From Candidatus Woesearchaeota archaeon (lineage in GTDB: Archaea; Nanobdellota; Nanobdellia; Woesearchaeales; GW2011-AR4): a stretch of DNA of 64,000 nucleotides. The notes under the pieces are model-generated. The model was not told the DNA's origin. It saw only the letters and a program-made list of their open reading frames with translations, and did not search any database. The stretch spans positions 133,242 to 197,241 of the forward strand of contig JACOZN010000010.1 in the NCBI GenBank assembly GCA_016181305.1, given 5' to 3'. This document shows positions 47,631 to 57,494 of the stretch, one piece after another. A program made the translations under genes and the position numbers. Position 1 is the first letter of the stretch. Every line of letters starts with the position of its first letter.

Positions 47631-48143
47631 TTACTCAACCTCCACTTTCAGGTCGAAGTTTTTTGACATAAACTCCACTGCTTCCTGCCTTGAAACCCTG
47701 TGCCTTGCCGGTATCTTTCTCGCAAGCAGCCTTCTCCGCTTTATCCTGTAGCCGGGCCTTTCAAGGGTAACACACACTTCAAGCCCCATAATTCCTATCT
47801 TTGGGTCATATTTCACGCCGGGAATGTCTATGTACTCGTGAATGCCGAATGCCACGTTTCCGTTGCTGTCAAACTGGTTTTCCCTGAGCTTGTTGTCAAC
47901 AGCTTCGAGCAGCTTCTGGAGCAGTTTGACTGCCCTGTCTTTTCTCAAAGTAAGCTTGCACCCTATCGGCAGTCCCGGCCTGAGCCCCCATTCCTGAATT
48001 CTCTTGCTTGTCACTGTCTTTATAGGAGTTGCATTTGCAATTGCATTGAGGAGGATTATTCCCTTCTCTAGCTTTGACTGGTCTTTCCCCGCCCCGATGT
48101 TTAGTGTTACCTTCTCCACCCTTATTCCTTTCATTGAATTCAT
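47631..48143 (-). CDS. rpl5: ribosomal protein uL5
   Basis: Similarity and order. Confidence 0.85.
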   Translation of the reverse strand: MNSMKGIRVEKVTLNIGAGKDQSKLEKGIILLNAIANATPIKTVTSKRIQEWGLRPGLPIGCKLTLRKDRAVKLLQKLLEAVDNKLRENQFDSNGNVAFGIHEYIDIPGVKYDPKIGIMGLEVCVTLERPGYRIKRRRLLARKIPARHRVSRQEAVEFMSKNFDLKVEVE

Positions 48144-48835
48144 ATTGAACCCAGTGTGATTAAAGGCTTGCTGTCACCTATCACAAAAGCATATTTCTTT
48201 GACGTCTCCACAAGAACACCTTTTTCGTCCTTGTAGACTATCTTGCTCCCAACTATGTTTTCAACACTTCCAAGCTCGCCTATGTGCTTTCCTCCTGTAA
48301 GGATTATGACTGAATTTTTGCCCAGCTTAAGGTGCTTGCTGATTTTCTGGTCAGGCAAAGACATCATCAGCGTGTCTCCGACAGAATATGCCTTGTCGCT
48401 TGCAATAATGTTCTTGCCGTCGTAAAGGTTCAGCTGCAGCCTGCCTTTTACGGCTGTTTTTCCTGTGATTTTGCAAGGCTTCGTCAAAGCCTCGTCCTTG
48501 CTTATCTTCGCAAGCGCTATTTTGCCTTTTTTGCCAAGAACCACCCTGAAATGCTCTTTCGTGCCGGAAAACTCAACAGCATCAAAAATACCCACAGGAA
48601 ACCCGAGGTCTTTTCTTGGCTTGCCGTCAATCTTTATTTCACCGGAATTCAGTATTTTCTTGGCCTCTCTTGTTGTGCCGGCATATCCCATCACTTCCTT
48701 TAGCATTACGCTTAGCGGGATTCCTGATCCCAGATTGTGGGGGCCTGGCGCCTGTTTTGCAATAAATTTCCGGCCCTTTCTCTTTATCTGCCATGTTTTT
48801 GGCGCTGCAAACCTTTTAATGTGGTTTTTTCCCAT
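48140..48835 (-). CDS. rps4e: ribosomal protein eS4
   Basis: Similarity and order. Confidence 0.85.
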   Translation of the reverse strand: MGKNHIKRFAAPKTWQIKRKGRKFIAKQAPGPHNLGSGIPLSVMLKEVMGYAGTTREAKKILNSGEIKIDGKPRKDLGFPVGIFDAVEFSGTKEHFRVVLGKKGKIALAKISKDEALTKPCKITGKTAVKGRLQLNLYDGKNIIASDKAYSVGDTLMMSLPDQKISKHLKLGKNSVIILTGGKHIGELGSVENIVGSKIVYKDEKGVLVETSKKYAFVIGDSKPLITLGSI

Positions 48836-48836
48836 T

Positions 48837-49214
48837 TTACTTTCTCTCCAGTATTTCCTGCCTTTGTTTGTCGTCTAAATTCAGCTCTGTTATCATCAGG
48901 TTCGAGGGGTTGAATAACACAAGCCTCTTGGTGCCGTCTTTTTTTGTTACCTCAATGCCGCTCACAAAAACAGCCGTGTCTTTTGTGCTTATGGAATCAA
49001 CCTTGCCTTCCTGCTTTTTGAAATTCCCCCTCATTATCTTCACTTTGTCGCCTTTGCGCAGGCTCACGCTTCTCATACTATACTTCTTTCTCAGGTCTTT
49101 TGACAGGTGAGAATGCACCAGCTTTTGCTTTATGTGGAGGGGTGCATTTAACCTGTACTTCCTTTGCTTTCTCGGTTTCCCGCTGCTTTTCCACGCGCCT
49201 GAAAATTTTTTCAT
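48837..49214 (-). CDS. rpl24: ribosomal protein uL24
   Basis: KOW block RKGDKVKIMRGNFK. The ATG at 49214 is preferred; the longer track ORF would overlap rpl14. Confidence 0.8.
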   Translation of the reverse strand: MKKFSGAWKSSGKPRKQRKYRLNAPLHIKQKLVHSHLSKDLRKKYSMRSVSLRKGDKVKIMRGNFKKQEGKVDSISTKDTAVFVSGIEVTKKDGTKRLVLFNPSNLMITELNLDDKQRQEILERK

Positions 49215-49218
49215 TTTG

Positions 49219-49620
49219 TCAAACAACTGTGCTCGCGATTTTTGCAATTCCGGGCCACCTCTCGCATGCCTCCTTCGCAATTGCTCCCTTGAATATAGTG
49301 CCTTTTGGGTTGCCTTTCTCGTCTTTAAGGACAACTGCTGAGTTATCCTCAAACTTTATCCTTGTGCCGTCAGCCCTCCTGTACTCCTTCCTTTGCCTGA
49401 CAATTATTGCATACACAACCTGCTTTCTCATGTCCGGACGCCCCCTCACTACTGATGCCATGACAAGATCGCCTACGCCACATGAGGAAATCCTCCCCTT
49501 TGTTGTTTTCAGGCCTACAACTGTGAAAACCCTTATTACTTTGGCTCCTGAATTGTCGCATGTTTCAATCCTGCATCCCACCGGAAGGGGCCTTCCGATG
49601 CGGGCTTTCAACGGCTGCAT
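49219..49620 (-). CDS. rpl14: ribosomal protein uL14
   Basis: Similarity and order. Confidence 0.85.
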   Translation of the reverse strand: MQPLKARIGRPLPVGCRIETCDNSGAKVIRVFTVVGLKTTKGRISSCGVGDLVMASVVRGRPDMRKQVVYAIIVRQRKEYRRADGTRIKFEDNSAVVLKDEKGNPKGTIFKGAIAKEACERWPGIAKIASTVV

Positions 49621-50046
49621 TTAAACTGCCTCCTGGGTTTCTGATTCCTGCTTCTTTGCCTCAATTTTTGAGGCCTCTCTCGCTTCCATTTTTCCCTTGA
49701 ACCCCTTCTCGACGCCAAGTTTCCTTATTATGACAAAGTTTTTTGTCTTGCTCAGCGGCCTGCACTCAACCACACCCACCAAGTCACCTTCCTTTGCATT
49801 GATGCAGTCCGGGTTGTGCACATTCATTTTTGTCCTTCTTTTCTCGTATCTCTCGTATTTTCTCAAAAAATGAAGCCTCTCAAACTCTATAACGGCTGTT
49901 CTTCTCATTCTTCCCGATATGACTATTCCTGTGAAATGCCTGCCGCGCACGCTTAGCCTGCCATGGTATGGGCATTTGGCGTCGCTGCATTTGTTTTTTG
50001 GAGCTTCTGCAGCCATGCCTATTCCCCCTGATTCCTGTGTTTTCAT
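49621..50046 (-). CDS. rps17: ribosomal protein uS17
   Basis: CSDAKCPYHG zinc motif and an OB fold. An internal ATG at 50016 is an alternative start. Confidence 0.8.
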   Translation of the reverse strand: MKTQESGGIGMAAEAPKNKCSDAKCPYHGRLSVRGRHFTGIVISGRMRRTAVIEFERLHFLRKYERYEKRRTKMNVHNPDCINAKEGDLVGVVECRPLSKTKNFVIIRKLGVEKGFKGKMEAREASKIEAKKQESETQEAV

Positions 50047-50093
50047 TTTATTGTTTTATTTACTGCAAACTGTGTTTTAACTGTCTTTTTCTT

Positions 50094-50402
50094 TTACCTT
50101 ATCTCTACGCTGCTTGGTGCAAAGCCGTGCTCAATAAGTATTTTTTTTACTTTTATCTTGTGCTCTCCCTGCAATTCTATCTTGCCGTCCTTTATTGTGC
50201 CTCCGCACGCGAGCTCTGACTTCAGCTTTTTTGCCAACTCCTTCAGGTCTATTTCCTTTTCGTCTATGCCCTCAACAATCGTGTAGTTCTTGTTGAATTT
50301 CTTCTTCTCTATATAGACCAAAATTTTTTGGCTCTCCTTTGCTATTGTCTCGCATACGCAAAGCTCTTTCACCAAACCGCACACTGGACATATTTCACTC
50401 AT
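50094..50402 (-). CDS. translation initiation factor SUI1 (aIF1)
   Basis: 102 aa with CPVCG...CVCE and a SUI1 fold. Conserved position between L29 and S17. Confidence 0.8.
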   Translation of the reverse strand: MSEICPVCGLVKELCVCETIAKESQKILVYIEKKKFNKNYTIVEGIDEKEIDLKELAKKLKSELACGGTIKDGKIELQGEHKIKVKKILIEHGFAPSSVEIR

Positions 50403-50613
50403 TCCTTTTTGCGCCCTCCCTGCTTAAAGCCTTCTCCCTTCTTATTGTCATTATTTTTGCGATTGTTTTTTTGGATTCCCTTACCTTGCCGGGGCTCTTC
50501 GGAACTGTGCCTATTGCAATCTGCGAGTTTGCCTTCATAAGCTCCTTCCTCAGCTCTGCCAGCTTGCCATCCATCTCCGCATCGCTCATGAGCCTAAGTT
50601 CCTTTGCTTTCAT
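50395..50613 (-). CDS. rpl29: ribosomal protein uL29
   Basis: Similarity and order. Confidence 0.8.
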   Translation of the reverse strand: MKAKELRLMSDAEMDGKLAELRKELMKANSQIAIGTVPKSPGKVRESKKTIAKIMTIRREKALSREGAKRNE

Positions 50614-51319
50614 CTTTTCCTTCTTTCCCTGTTTCTTTTTTGCGCCTTTTTCTCTTTGTTTCTTTTTTCGGCTGCTCTTCCTTTTTTTCCCCTGCCTCTT
50701 TTACTTCCTCTACCTTGATTTCCATTTCGTCTTTGAGCTCTATGTCATCAGGCAGTTTTATGTCGGGGGGCATTATGCTCACCTTGACGCCGATTATTCC
50801 TGTCTTGAGCTTTGCCTGCGTGTTTGACTTCCTGACGCTGTTTGCTATGTCACCGCATTTTTTCAGGTATCCTGAATAAAATCGCCAGGATTTTGCCCTG
50901 GCACTCGGGACCTTGCCGCTAACGACGATTTCTATGCCAAGCGCGCCTGCCTTCATTACTTCCATCATTATCTTGTGGCCTATTGCCTTGAATTTCTCAG
51001 AGCCGAATCTCTCAAGCGCATCAACTATTTTTTCCCCGACTATTTTCGCGTCAAGGCTTGGAATTTCAACCTCGCTTATCTCTATCTGCGGGTTCTCGAG
51101 CGTGAATCTTTTCTTCAGGGTTTTTGTAAGCTGTTTTATGTTCTGCCCCTTCCTTCCGACGATAAGCCCGGGCCTTGATGTAAAAATTATGATTTTCTCC
51201 CCAAGCGGGGTTTTTACCATTTTTGTATGGCTGTGCCCGACATTCTGCAGGTTCTGGGTTATATATTCCTCTATCTGGAACTCCTTGATTTTTTGCGCGA
51301 CAAATTTTCTTTCTATCAA
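50594..51319 (-). CDS. rps3: ribosomal protein uS3 with a Lys/Glu-rich C-terminal tail
   Basis: KH domain and S3-C domain. Confidence 0.85.
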   Translation of the reverse strand: MIERKFVAQKIKEFQIEEYITQNLQNVGHSHTKMVKTPLGEKIIIFTSRPGLIVGRKGQNIKQLTKTLKKRFTLENPQIEISEVEIPSLDAKIVGEKIVDALERFGSEKFKAIGHKIMMEVMKAGALGIEIVVSGKVPSARAKSWRFYSGYLKKCGDIANSVRKSNTQAKLKTGIIGVKVSIMPPDIKLPDDIELKDEMEIKVEEVKEAGEKKEEQPKKETKRKRRKKETGKEGKDESKGT

Positions 51320-51374
51320 AATTTCACCCCCGTGAAATTTTGGGAGTTACAAAAATTTTTAATTTTTGATACTA

Positions 51375-51851
51375 TCATTTTTTTGTTGAATTTGCTTTTT
51401 CAGTCTGCTTTTCTTTTTGCTTGGACTCCTGCAAGACAATCTCTATGTTTGTTCTTTTCATCTTTGTCCTCTGTTTCCTCCCAAAATGCCATGACTTCCC
51501 TGCCTTGTGCGCTGAAATGTGGGTTATCACAAGGTTTGATGTATTCATCCCCTTGAATTGCGCATTTGCCTCTGCACCCTCTATCAGCTTGATGAACTCT
51601 ATCGAGGTGTTTTTTGGGTGCCTTCCGGGGCCTATTTTTCTCTTGTGCCCCAGGTCGGAGTTATATCTTCTCATAGGAACAGCTGTTTTCTTGTCAACAA
51701 CGCTTTGCAGCAGTTTCTTTGCTGCACCGGTTTCCCTGTCTTTGATAAACTGGCATATCTCGACACTTTGCTTAAATGATACAGGCAGGGCAACTCCCAA
51801 TGCCCTTGCCATGTGCTCCTTATCATATTTTTGGTATGTGTATCCTTTCAT
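51375..51851 (-). CDS. rpl22: ribosomal protein uL22
   Basis: Similarity and order. Confidence 0.85.
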   Translation of the reverse strand: MKGYTYQKYDKEHMARALGVALPVSFKQSVEICQFIKDRETGAAKKLLQSVVDKKTAVPMRRYNSDLGHKRKIGPGRHPKNTSIEFIKLIEGAEANAQFKGMNTSNLVITHISAHKAGKSWHFGRKQRTKMKRTNIEIVLQESKQKEKQTEKANSTKK

Positions 51852-51852
51852 T

Positions 51853-52236
51853 TTACTTCACCGACAGGCTTGCGCTGGATTTTGTGGCCCCTATTCCGGG
51901 CGCGCTGTGCGCGACTCTTTTTCTTGTCAGGGCAAACTCGCCGAGGCAGTGCCCTATCATGTCAGGCTCAACTGACACAGGCACGAATTCCCTGCCCTGG
52001 TGCACCTTTATGATTTTTCCTATCATCTCGGGCAGTATTACCATATCCCTGCAATGCGTCTCTATATTTTTCTCGTTAGCCCTTAGTTTCTTCAGCAGGA
52101 TTTTCTGCTGCTCGGTGAACCCCCTCTTTAACACCCTTCTCTGCCTTGCAGTAAAAATCTGCGCGAGCTCGTTGATGCTCAGTTTTTTGAGCTCTTCCGG
52201 AGTTTTTCCCTTGAAAGTGAATTCTTTTTTTGCCAT
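51853..52236 (-). CDS. rps19: ribosomal protein uS19
   Basis: Similarity and order. Confidence 0.85.
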   Translation of the reverse strand: MAKKEFTFKGKTPEELKKLSINELAQIFTARQRRVLKRGFTEQQKILLKKLRANEKNIETHCRDMVILPEMIGKIIKVHQGREFVPVSVEPDMIGHCLGEFALTRKRVAHSAPGIGATKSSASLSVK

Positions 52237-52237
52237 T

Positions 52238-52957
52238 TTATCTCTTATGCCTGCCTGTTCTCTTTGGGGCTATTTTGCCCACTTTTCTTCCCGGCGGTGA
52301 ATTTCTTGCAGATTGTGTTGGAATACCTTTTGCGTGCGAGCTTGAGCCTCCAAATGGGTGATCCACTGAATTCATTGATGTTCCGCTCACTATAGGCCAC
52401 ATTTTGTTTCTTGCAGTCATTGCATAATATCTTGTTCCCGCCTTCAAAAAGGGCTTCTCTGTCCTGCCCGAGCCTGCAACAACACCTATAACTGCCTTGC
52501 ATTCGGGCATGAATGTCCTTCTCTTGCTTGATGGCAGCTCAACGACAACACCTTCATCCATTTTTGTGATTATCTTGGCAAAAGCCCCCCCTGCCCTTAC
52601 AAACTTGCCGCCGTCGCCGGGGTTTGACTCGATGTTATAGATTGATGTCCCTTCCGGAATGCTTTTCAACGGAAGTATGTTTCCTGATTTTATCTCCACA
52701 TCCTTTCCAATCTCAATTTTATCCCCCACTTTGATGCCTTCCGGGGCCTGAAGCAGGCTTGTCTCGCCGTTGCTGTACTTAAGCTCCATCAAGGGCGCGC
52801 TGTGCCCGCTGCTGTGCACTATATCACCTACGCTGGCGCTGATTACCTTGCCTTCCTCATATCCTGTAAAGTCCGCTTTTCCCCTGTATCTGAAACTCGG
52901 AGCCCTGTACCTTGGGCTTCCTTTCCCCCTCTTCTGCTGGATTAAGCTCTTTCCCAT
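52238..52957 (-). CDS. rpl2: ribosomal protein uL2
   Basis: Similarity and order. Confidence 0.9.
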   Translation of the reverse strand: MGKSLIQQKRGKGSPRYRAPSFRYRGKADFTGYEEGKVISASVGDIVHSSGHSAPLMELKYSNGETSLLQAPEGIKVGDKIEIGKDVEIKSGNILPLKSIPEGTSIYNIESNPGDGGKFVRAGGAFAKIITKMDEGVVVELPSSKRRTFMPECKAVIGVVAGSGRTEKPFLKAGTRYYAMTARNKMWPIVSGTSMNSVDHPFGGSSSHAKGIPTQSARNSPPGRKVGKIAPKRTGRHKR

Positions 52958-52970
52958 TTTGCACCATCCA

Positions 52971-53231
52971 TTATATCAATCCCATCTGGGTTGCGATGTC
53001 TATTGCCGGGTTTTTCGCGGAAAATTTCACATATGCCCTTTTCTCCCCGTCTGCATTAACAAAAGTGTTGACGCTTTCAACCCTTACCTTGAACATTTCC
53101 TGCAGCGCACCCTTTATCTCTCTCTTTGTCGCCTTGTTGCTGACAACAAATATCAGCTTGTTTTCCGATTCCATGAGCCTTATCGATTTTTCAGTCGACA
53201 AAGGGTATTTTATTATGTCGTATGGCTGCAT
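52971..53231 (-). CDS. rpl23: ribosomal protein uL23
   Basis: The ATG at 53231 abuts the rpl4 stop; the longer track ORF overlaps rpl4. Confidence 0.8.
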   Translation of the reverse strand: MQPYDIIKYPLSTEKSIRLMESENKLIFVVSNKATKREIKGALQEMFKVRVESVNTFVNADGEKRAYVKFSAKNPAIDIATQMGLI

Positions 53232-53233
53232 TT

Positions 53234-54040
53234 TTACCTGAATAAATTCTTGTTTTTCATTATGCTTACTGCCTGGCTCGTCCATAAAGTCAGCCTTCCC
53301 GGCTTCGCGCCCGGCGCAAGCAGCTCCGCGTTCAGGCTTTCAACTTCCACAACGTCGATGCCAGGTATGTTTGCTGCTGCCTGGCTCAGGCTGCATTTTT
53401 TTGAAACAACAATCAGCGGGCCTTTCTTCCTCCTGTATTTTCTTCCGCGAGACTTTCCTTTTCCAGCCCTTACTTTCTTTTCTCCGGCACGGGATAATTC
53501 ACTACCCAAGCCAAGCACCCTCAAAGCTGCAATAATTCTTGCTGTCTTGTCCAGCAGTTCAAACTTTTCGTCCAGCACGAACGGATAATTGACTGGCACA
53601 GAGTGCCCGTGGCCTGCTACGATGTCTTTTGATATTGTAGCTGCAATAGCGCTCCTTAGCGCCTTCAGCCTTTCTTTCTCGTTTATTTTTTTCCACCATA
53701 TCCTTTCGGTCTTCGGGGGGTGGGCCCGCCTGCCTCCGACAGTGCCAGGCGCAAACGCGCCTACCCAGTTCATTCTCGTGCCTCTTCTTGAAAGTATTTT
53801 TCTCGGAACCCTTGAAATGCCAAACCCGTATGAGCCCCTGTAGTCCCTTCTTCTCCTCGACAATTTTGCTGACGCCCTTTTTCCCGCCTCGCTGCTTGAG
53901 GAATATGCCTGCCTTTTGTGGCTTTGCATTGCAAGCACAGCCCTTTGTATCAGGTCCTGCCTGAACTCCTCGGAAAACTGCCACGGCAATTCAATCTCCC
54001 CAGTCTTGTTTTTTGATGCATCCAGTATGCTGAGCTTCAT
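53234..54040 (-). CDS. rpl4: ribosomal protein uL4
   Basis: Similarity and order. Confidence 0.85.
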   Translation of the reverse strand: MKLSILDASKNKTGEIELPWQFSEEFRQDLIQRAVLAMQSHKRQAYSSSSEAGKRASAKLSRRRRDYRGSYGFGISRVPRKILSRRGTRMNWVGAFAPGTVGGRRAHPPKTERIWWKKINEKERLKALRSAIAATISKDIVAGHGHSVPVNYPFVLDEKFELLDKTARIIAALRVLGLGSELSRAGEKKVRAGKGKSRGRKYRRKKGPLIVVSKKCSLSQAAANIPGIDVVEVESLNAELLAPGAKPGRLTLWTSQAVSIMKNKNLFR

Positions 54041-54041
54041 T

Positions 54042-55016
54042 TTACCTTCCCTGCTTTGACTCTGTGCTTATGTATGATATCTGCGGCGCTTCCTGCGGAA
54101 TTTTTTTGTTTTGCCTTATGGGGAAAGTAATCCTTATGAACCTTTTTTCCGCGCCGCCGACAGAGCCCTTAATGAGAATATAATTTCCCCTAACAAGCCC
54201 GTAGTTTACAAAACCACCTTTAACATTTATCTCGTCAGATTTTATGCCCATCTTGAGTATCCACTTATTGTATTCTGTTCTCAGGTGATAACCCATTTTG
54301 CCCGCATGTGCGGTTCTCCACATTATATGCCCCTGCGCCCTCCATGCACCCAAAGTTGCGGGATTCCTCCTGCTTTTTTCGGATTTGTGCTGCCTGAGCT
54401 GAACCCCAAACCTCCTGACAGGCCCCTGGAATCCCTTGCCTTTTGTCACAGAATGAATGTCAACAGACTGCCCTTCCGCAAAAACCTCGCCTATGCCTAT
54501 TTCCTTTCCGAGCTTTTCCTTTGCATAGGCAGCCTGCTGCTCCCTGCTGCCGCCGATTGCCACTTCAAAGATTTCCGGTATTTTTTTCCCTATGCCTGTA
54601 AGCTTCGGCTGCGTATGGCAGAGCATCCTTACAAAATCAAAGTCGCTTGCTTCCCTGCCTTTCTTTTTGTGCACAACTATTTTTCTCTCCAGTTCTTTTT
54701 CAAAAGAACCAGCAAACAACTCAGAAACAAGCGTTGCGCCGTTTTGTGTGTTTTTGTAAAATCTTATAGAAGCAGTTTTGATCGGGGGGCACTCGACAAC
54801 AGTCACCGGGCAGAAAATATCTGCACCTTTTGTCATGGAATTCGGCGCGTTGTCGCTGATAAGCAGGTGTGTCATGCCTGCCTTGTATCCCGCGAACCCG
54901 AGCAGCTTTTGCTCGCTGCTTTTTGGCCATGTCCTTATCCTTGCGTGGCTATGCCTGGCTCTGACCCTGGGCCAAAACTGCATGCTTCCTGCTCTCGGTT
55001 TTCTTGTTCTTGGCAT
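54042..55016 (-). CDS. rpl3: ribosomal protein uL3
   Basis: Start at the ATG 55016 (MPRTRKPRAGSMQFWPRV). The track ORF extends 34 codons further upstream. Confidence 0.85.
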   Translation of the reverse strand: MPRTRKPRAGSMQFWPRVRARHSHARIRTWPKSSEQKLLGFAGYKAGMTHLLISDNAPNSMTKGADIFCPVTVVECPPIKTASIRFYKNTQNGATLVSELFAGSFEKELERKIVVHKKKGREASDFDFVRMLCHTQPKLTGIGKKIPEIFEVAIGGSREQQAAYAKEKLGKEIGIGEVFAEGQSVDIHSVTKGKGFQGPVRRFGVQLRQHKSEKSRRNPATLGAWRAQGHIMWRTAHAGKMGYHLRTEYNKWILKMGIKSDEINVKGGFVNYGLVRGNYILIKGSVGGAEKRFIRITFPIRQNKKIPQEAPQISYISTESKQGR

Positions 55017-55249
55017 TTTACCAAAGACTAGTATACCTATTGTCCTTTGATGCAAAATAAACCTTTTATTGACGGCCTTTGGTAGAAAACAGTCTGTAAA
55101 ACTGTACTGAAAAGGCAATCTTTTCAGGCTTGTTTATGCTATGTGCCTGGGTTATCAGGCACACATTAAAGGGTTTTTCAGGAATAGTGGGAGATTTATA
55201 AAGGTTTTGGAATAATCAGCTTATTAAAGAGAAAAAGGATGTGGTAATT

Positions 55250-56017
55250 TTATTTTGAATAAGCCCTTTCAATGTCTTTTGCCAGCGCAGAACCAACCCA
55301 GACACCTACATCATATGCAGGATGAACTTCGCTGTCGTCAAGCAGCATGAATATTATCTCACTGCCGTCGACGATGCAGAACCTCGCCTTGTTGCCTGTG
55401 TTGATTACCTCGGCAAACTGGCTTATCTCTGCTGCTTTTTTTCTTGTTGACTGGCTGGGCTGCGTAAAAATCCTTATTTTTACATTTTTATTTCCCAAGC
55501 TTTCCAGAATTGACCTGAAATTTTCAACAAAGGCTGTGAATTCTGTGCTGGTGGCTGATATTAATATGCTCTTCTTTGCTTTCTCCAGCATCTGCCTTGT
55601 GTGGTTGTGTATATTATACCTTCCTATGAGCGCTCCGCTTGTATCTGAAGAAGATAAGTATGATTTACCTTTTGTGTGCAGGCTGTTAAGCTCGCCGATA
55701 ATCCTCGATTTTTTAATATTATCTATTTTTCCTGTCTCTCCGGCAGCGTTGCCCATGGTTTTTGATTTGATTGATTCTATTGCGGCTTGTGGTGGTGCGG
55801 CAACATACTTTAGTGGTTTTCCCCCCCTGGCAGCAACAAACCCCTTCTTTTCCAGAGACTCAAGAACGTCGTAGCTTCTGCTTCTTGGCACGTTGGCGAT
55901 GCTGGAAAGCTCGCCTGCAGTTGAAATTTCCCTGCTGAGCAGGGCTGCCCAAATCTTAACTTCGTAGCTGTTCAGGCCCAGGTTTCTCAGTTGTTTTTCC
56001 GCTTTTAAGCTTAACAT
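55250..56017 (-). CDS. TrmB-family transcriptional regulator (paralog of 20110..20928)
   Basis: YEVKIWAALLSREISTAGELSSIANVPRSRSYDVLESLEKKGFV, nearly identical to the other copy; the C-terminal domain is also homologous. The likely start is the internal ATG at 56017. Confidence 0.8.
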   Translation of the reverse strand: MLSLKAEKQLRNLGLNSYEVKIWAALLSREISTAGELSSIANVPRSRSYDVLESLEKKGFVAARGGKPLKYVAAPPQAAIESIKSKTMGNAAGETGKIDNIKKSRIIGELNSLHTKGKSYLSSSDTSGALIGRYNIHNHTRQMLEKAKKSILISATSTEFTAFVENFRSILESLGNKNVKIRIFTQPSQSTRKKAAEISQFAEVINTGNKARFCIVDGSEIIFMLLDDSEVHPAYDVGVWVGSALAKDIERAYSK

Positions 56018-56065
56018 TTTGTTTGGTATTATTATACACTTTAAAAACCTTTTTGTTTTTATCAT

Positions 56066-56287
56066 TAGTTAGTAATAAATATACACCCCCACCCCTACAC
56101 TTCTTATGGAAGTTATTTATTATTTTATCTTGTTTTTGTGTTTGTTTTGTTGTTTTCTATTTTTATTTTCTATATAGAAAAATAAAGAGTAAGTAATTTG
56201 AAAAAACACAAACACGTTTCCATACGAAATGATGGGGTAGCACTAATAAAGAAAATGTTTAAATACCTCCATTTCGTTTGGAAAATA
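56066..56287. other. candidate replication origin (oriC): three ORB-like repeats flanking an AT-rich tract, immediately upstream of orc1/cdc6
   Basis: ORB-like TTCCAnAcGAAaTG..GGGG elements at 56084–56114 (reverse), 56216–56237 (forward) and 56268–56284 (reverse). T/A-rich unwinding-type sequence spans 56120–56200. Confidence 0.55.
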
Positions 56288-57493
56288 ATGGTTGAAAGGG
56301 GGTTGGACGGGTTCTTTGAGGTGTTTCTAAGGAAAAAAAGCGCCTTTTTTGACAAAAAAGCGCTACAATCATCTTATATTCCCGAAACAATCCCACACAG
56401 GGAAGAACAAATAAAACAAATAGCTAATATCCTCGCCCCATCTTTAAAAGGTGACAAAACATCCAACATACTCCTCTATGGAAAAACCGGCACAGGAAAG
56501 ACGCTAACAATAAAATACACAACAAAAAAACTGATGGAGGTTGCCGAAAGGGAGAATATACCCTTAAAAATATTATATATTAACTGCAAGCTGAAGAGGA
56601 GCACGGACACAGAATACAGGCTCATTGCCCAGCTTGCCAGGGAGCTTGGCAAAGCAATACCGCCAACAGGGTTGCCGACAGAGGAGGTTTACAGGGCATT
56701 TTTCAAAGCGCTCGGCAGGCAAAAACAAAACCATATAATAATACTTGATGAAATAGACCAGCTCGTGAGCAAGGCAGGGGACAACGCCCTTTACAATCTC
56801 ACAAGAATAAATGAAGACACAGAATCTCAAATATCCTTAGTAGGAATATCCAACGACATCATGTTTGTTGACAACCTTGATCCCAGAGTCAGGTCATCCC
56901 TTTCTGAAGAGGAAATTGTTTTCCCGCCGTACAATGCAGTACAGATACAGGCAATTCTCCGCCAGAGGGCTGAGCAGGCATTCAACAAAGATGTTTTGGG
57001 CAACGGGGTTGTAGAGAAATGTGCGGCATACGCCGCAAGGGACCACGGAGATGCGAGGCGCGCCCTTGAGCTTCTAAGGGTTGCAGGAGAGATTGCCGGC
57101 AGGAAAAGCGCGGATAAAATAACAACAGAATTTGTGGACGAAGCGGAGCAAAAAATTGACAGGGACAGAATAATAGACGCTGTTGTGACGCAGCCAAAGC
57201 AGTACCATCTGGTGCTTTATTCAATAATCTCCCTCAGGCCCGGCAGGAAGGGAAATATATTCACCGGCGAGGTTTACGAGCTGTACAAGTCGCTGTGCGG
57301 CAAGACTGGCACAAGTGTGCTGACACAGCGCAGGATTTCGGACATAATATCAGAGTTCGATATGATAGGTATAGTGAACGCAAAGGTGATATCAAAAGGA
57401 AGATACGGAAGGACAAGGGAAATATCACTTGAAATCCCAGAAGAGATACTCCCAAGGGTCAAAGCCATCCTTGAAGACACGATAAGGGTTTAA
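56288..57493 (+). CDS. Orc1/Cdc6 replication initiator
   Basis: AAA+ motifs (GKTGTGKT, Walker B DEID) and a C-terminal winged helix. Start is uncertain: TTG 56198, ATG 56255 or ATG 56288. The ATG at 56288 leaves the ORB-like repeats non-coding. Confidence 0.85.
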   Translation: MVERGLDGFFEVFLRKKSAFFDKKALQSSYIPETIPHREEQIKQIANILAPSLKGDKTSNILLYGKTGTGKTLTIKYTTKKLMEVAERENIPLKILYINCKLKRSTDTEYRLIAQLARELGKAIPPTGLPTEEVYRAFFKALGRQKQNHIIILDEIDQLVSKAGDNALYNLTRINEDTESQISLVGISNDIMFVDNLDPRVRSSLSEEEIVFPPYNAVQIQAILRQRAEQAFNKDVLGNGVVEKCAAYAARDHGDARRALELLRVAGEIAGRKSADKITTEFVDEAEQKIDRDRIIDAVVTQPKQYHLVLYSIISLRPGRKGNIFTGEVYELYKSLCGKTGTSVLTQRRISDIISEFDMIGIVNAKVISKGRYGRTREISLEIPEEILPRVKAILEDTIRV

Positions 57494-57494
57494 G

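Noticed and set aside
50047-50093. Possible absence of the RNase P protein Rpp29 gene expected between SUI1 and rps17.
   Set aside because: I am not certain that Rpp29 is universally at this position. Absence in the window does not show absence from the genome.
55150-55172. Perfect 7-bp hairpin gtgcctg-ggttat-caggcac between the TrmB paralog stop and the rpl3 start.
   Set aside because: It is plausibly a simple transcript-end or processing hairpin. Archaeal termination relies mainly on T tracts. There is nothing further to support a specific function.
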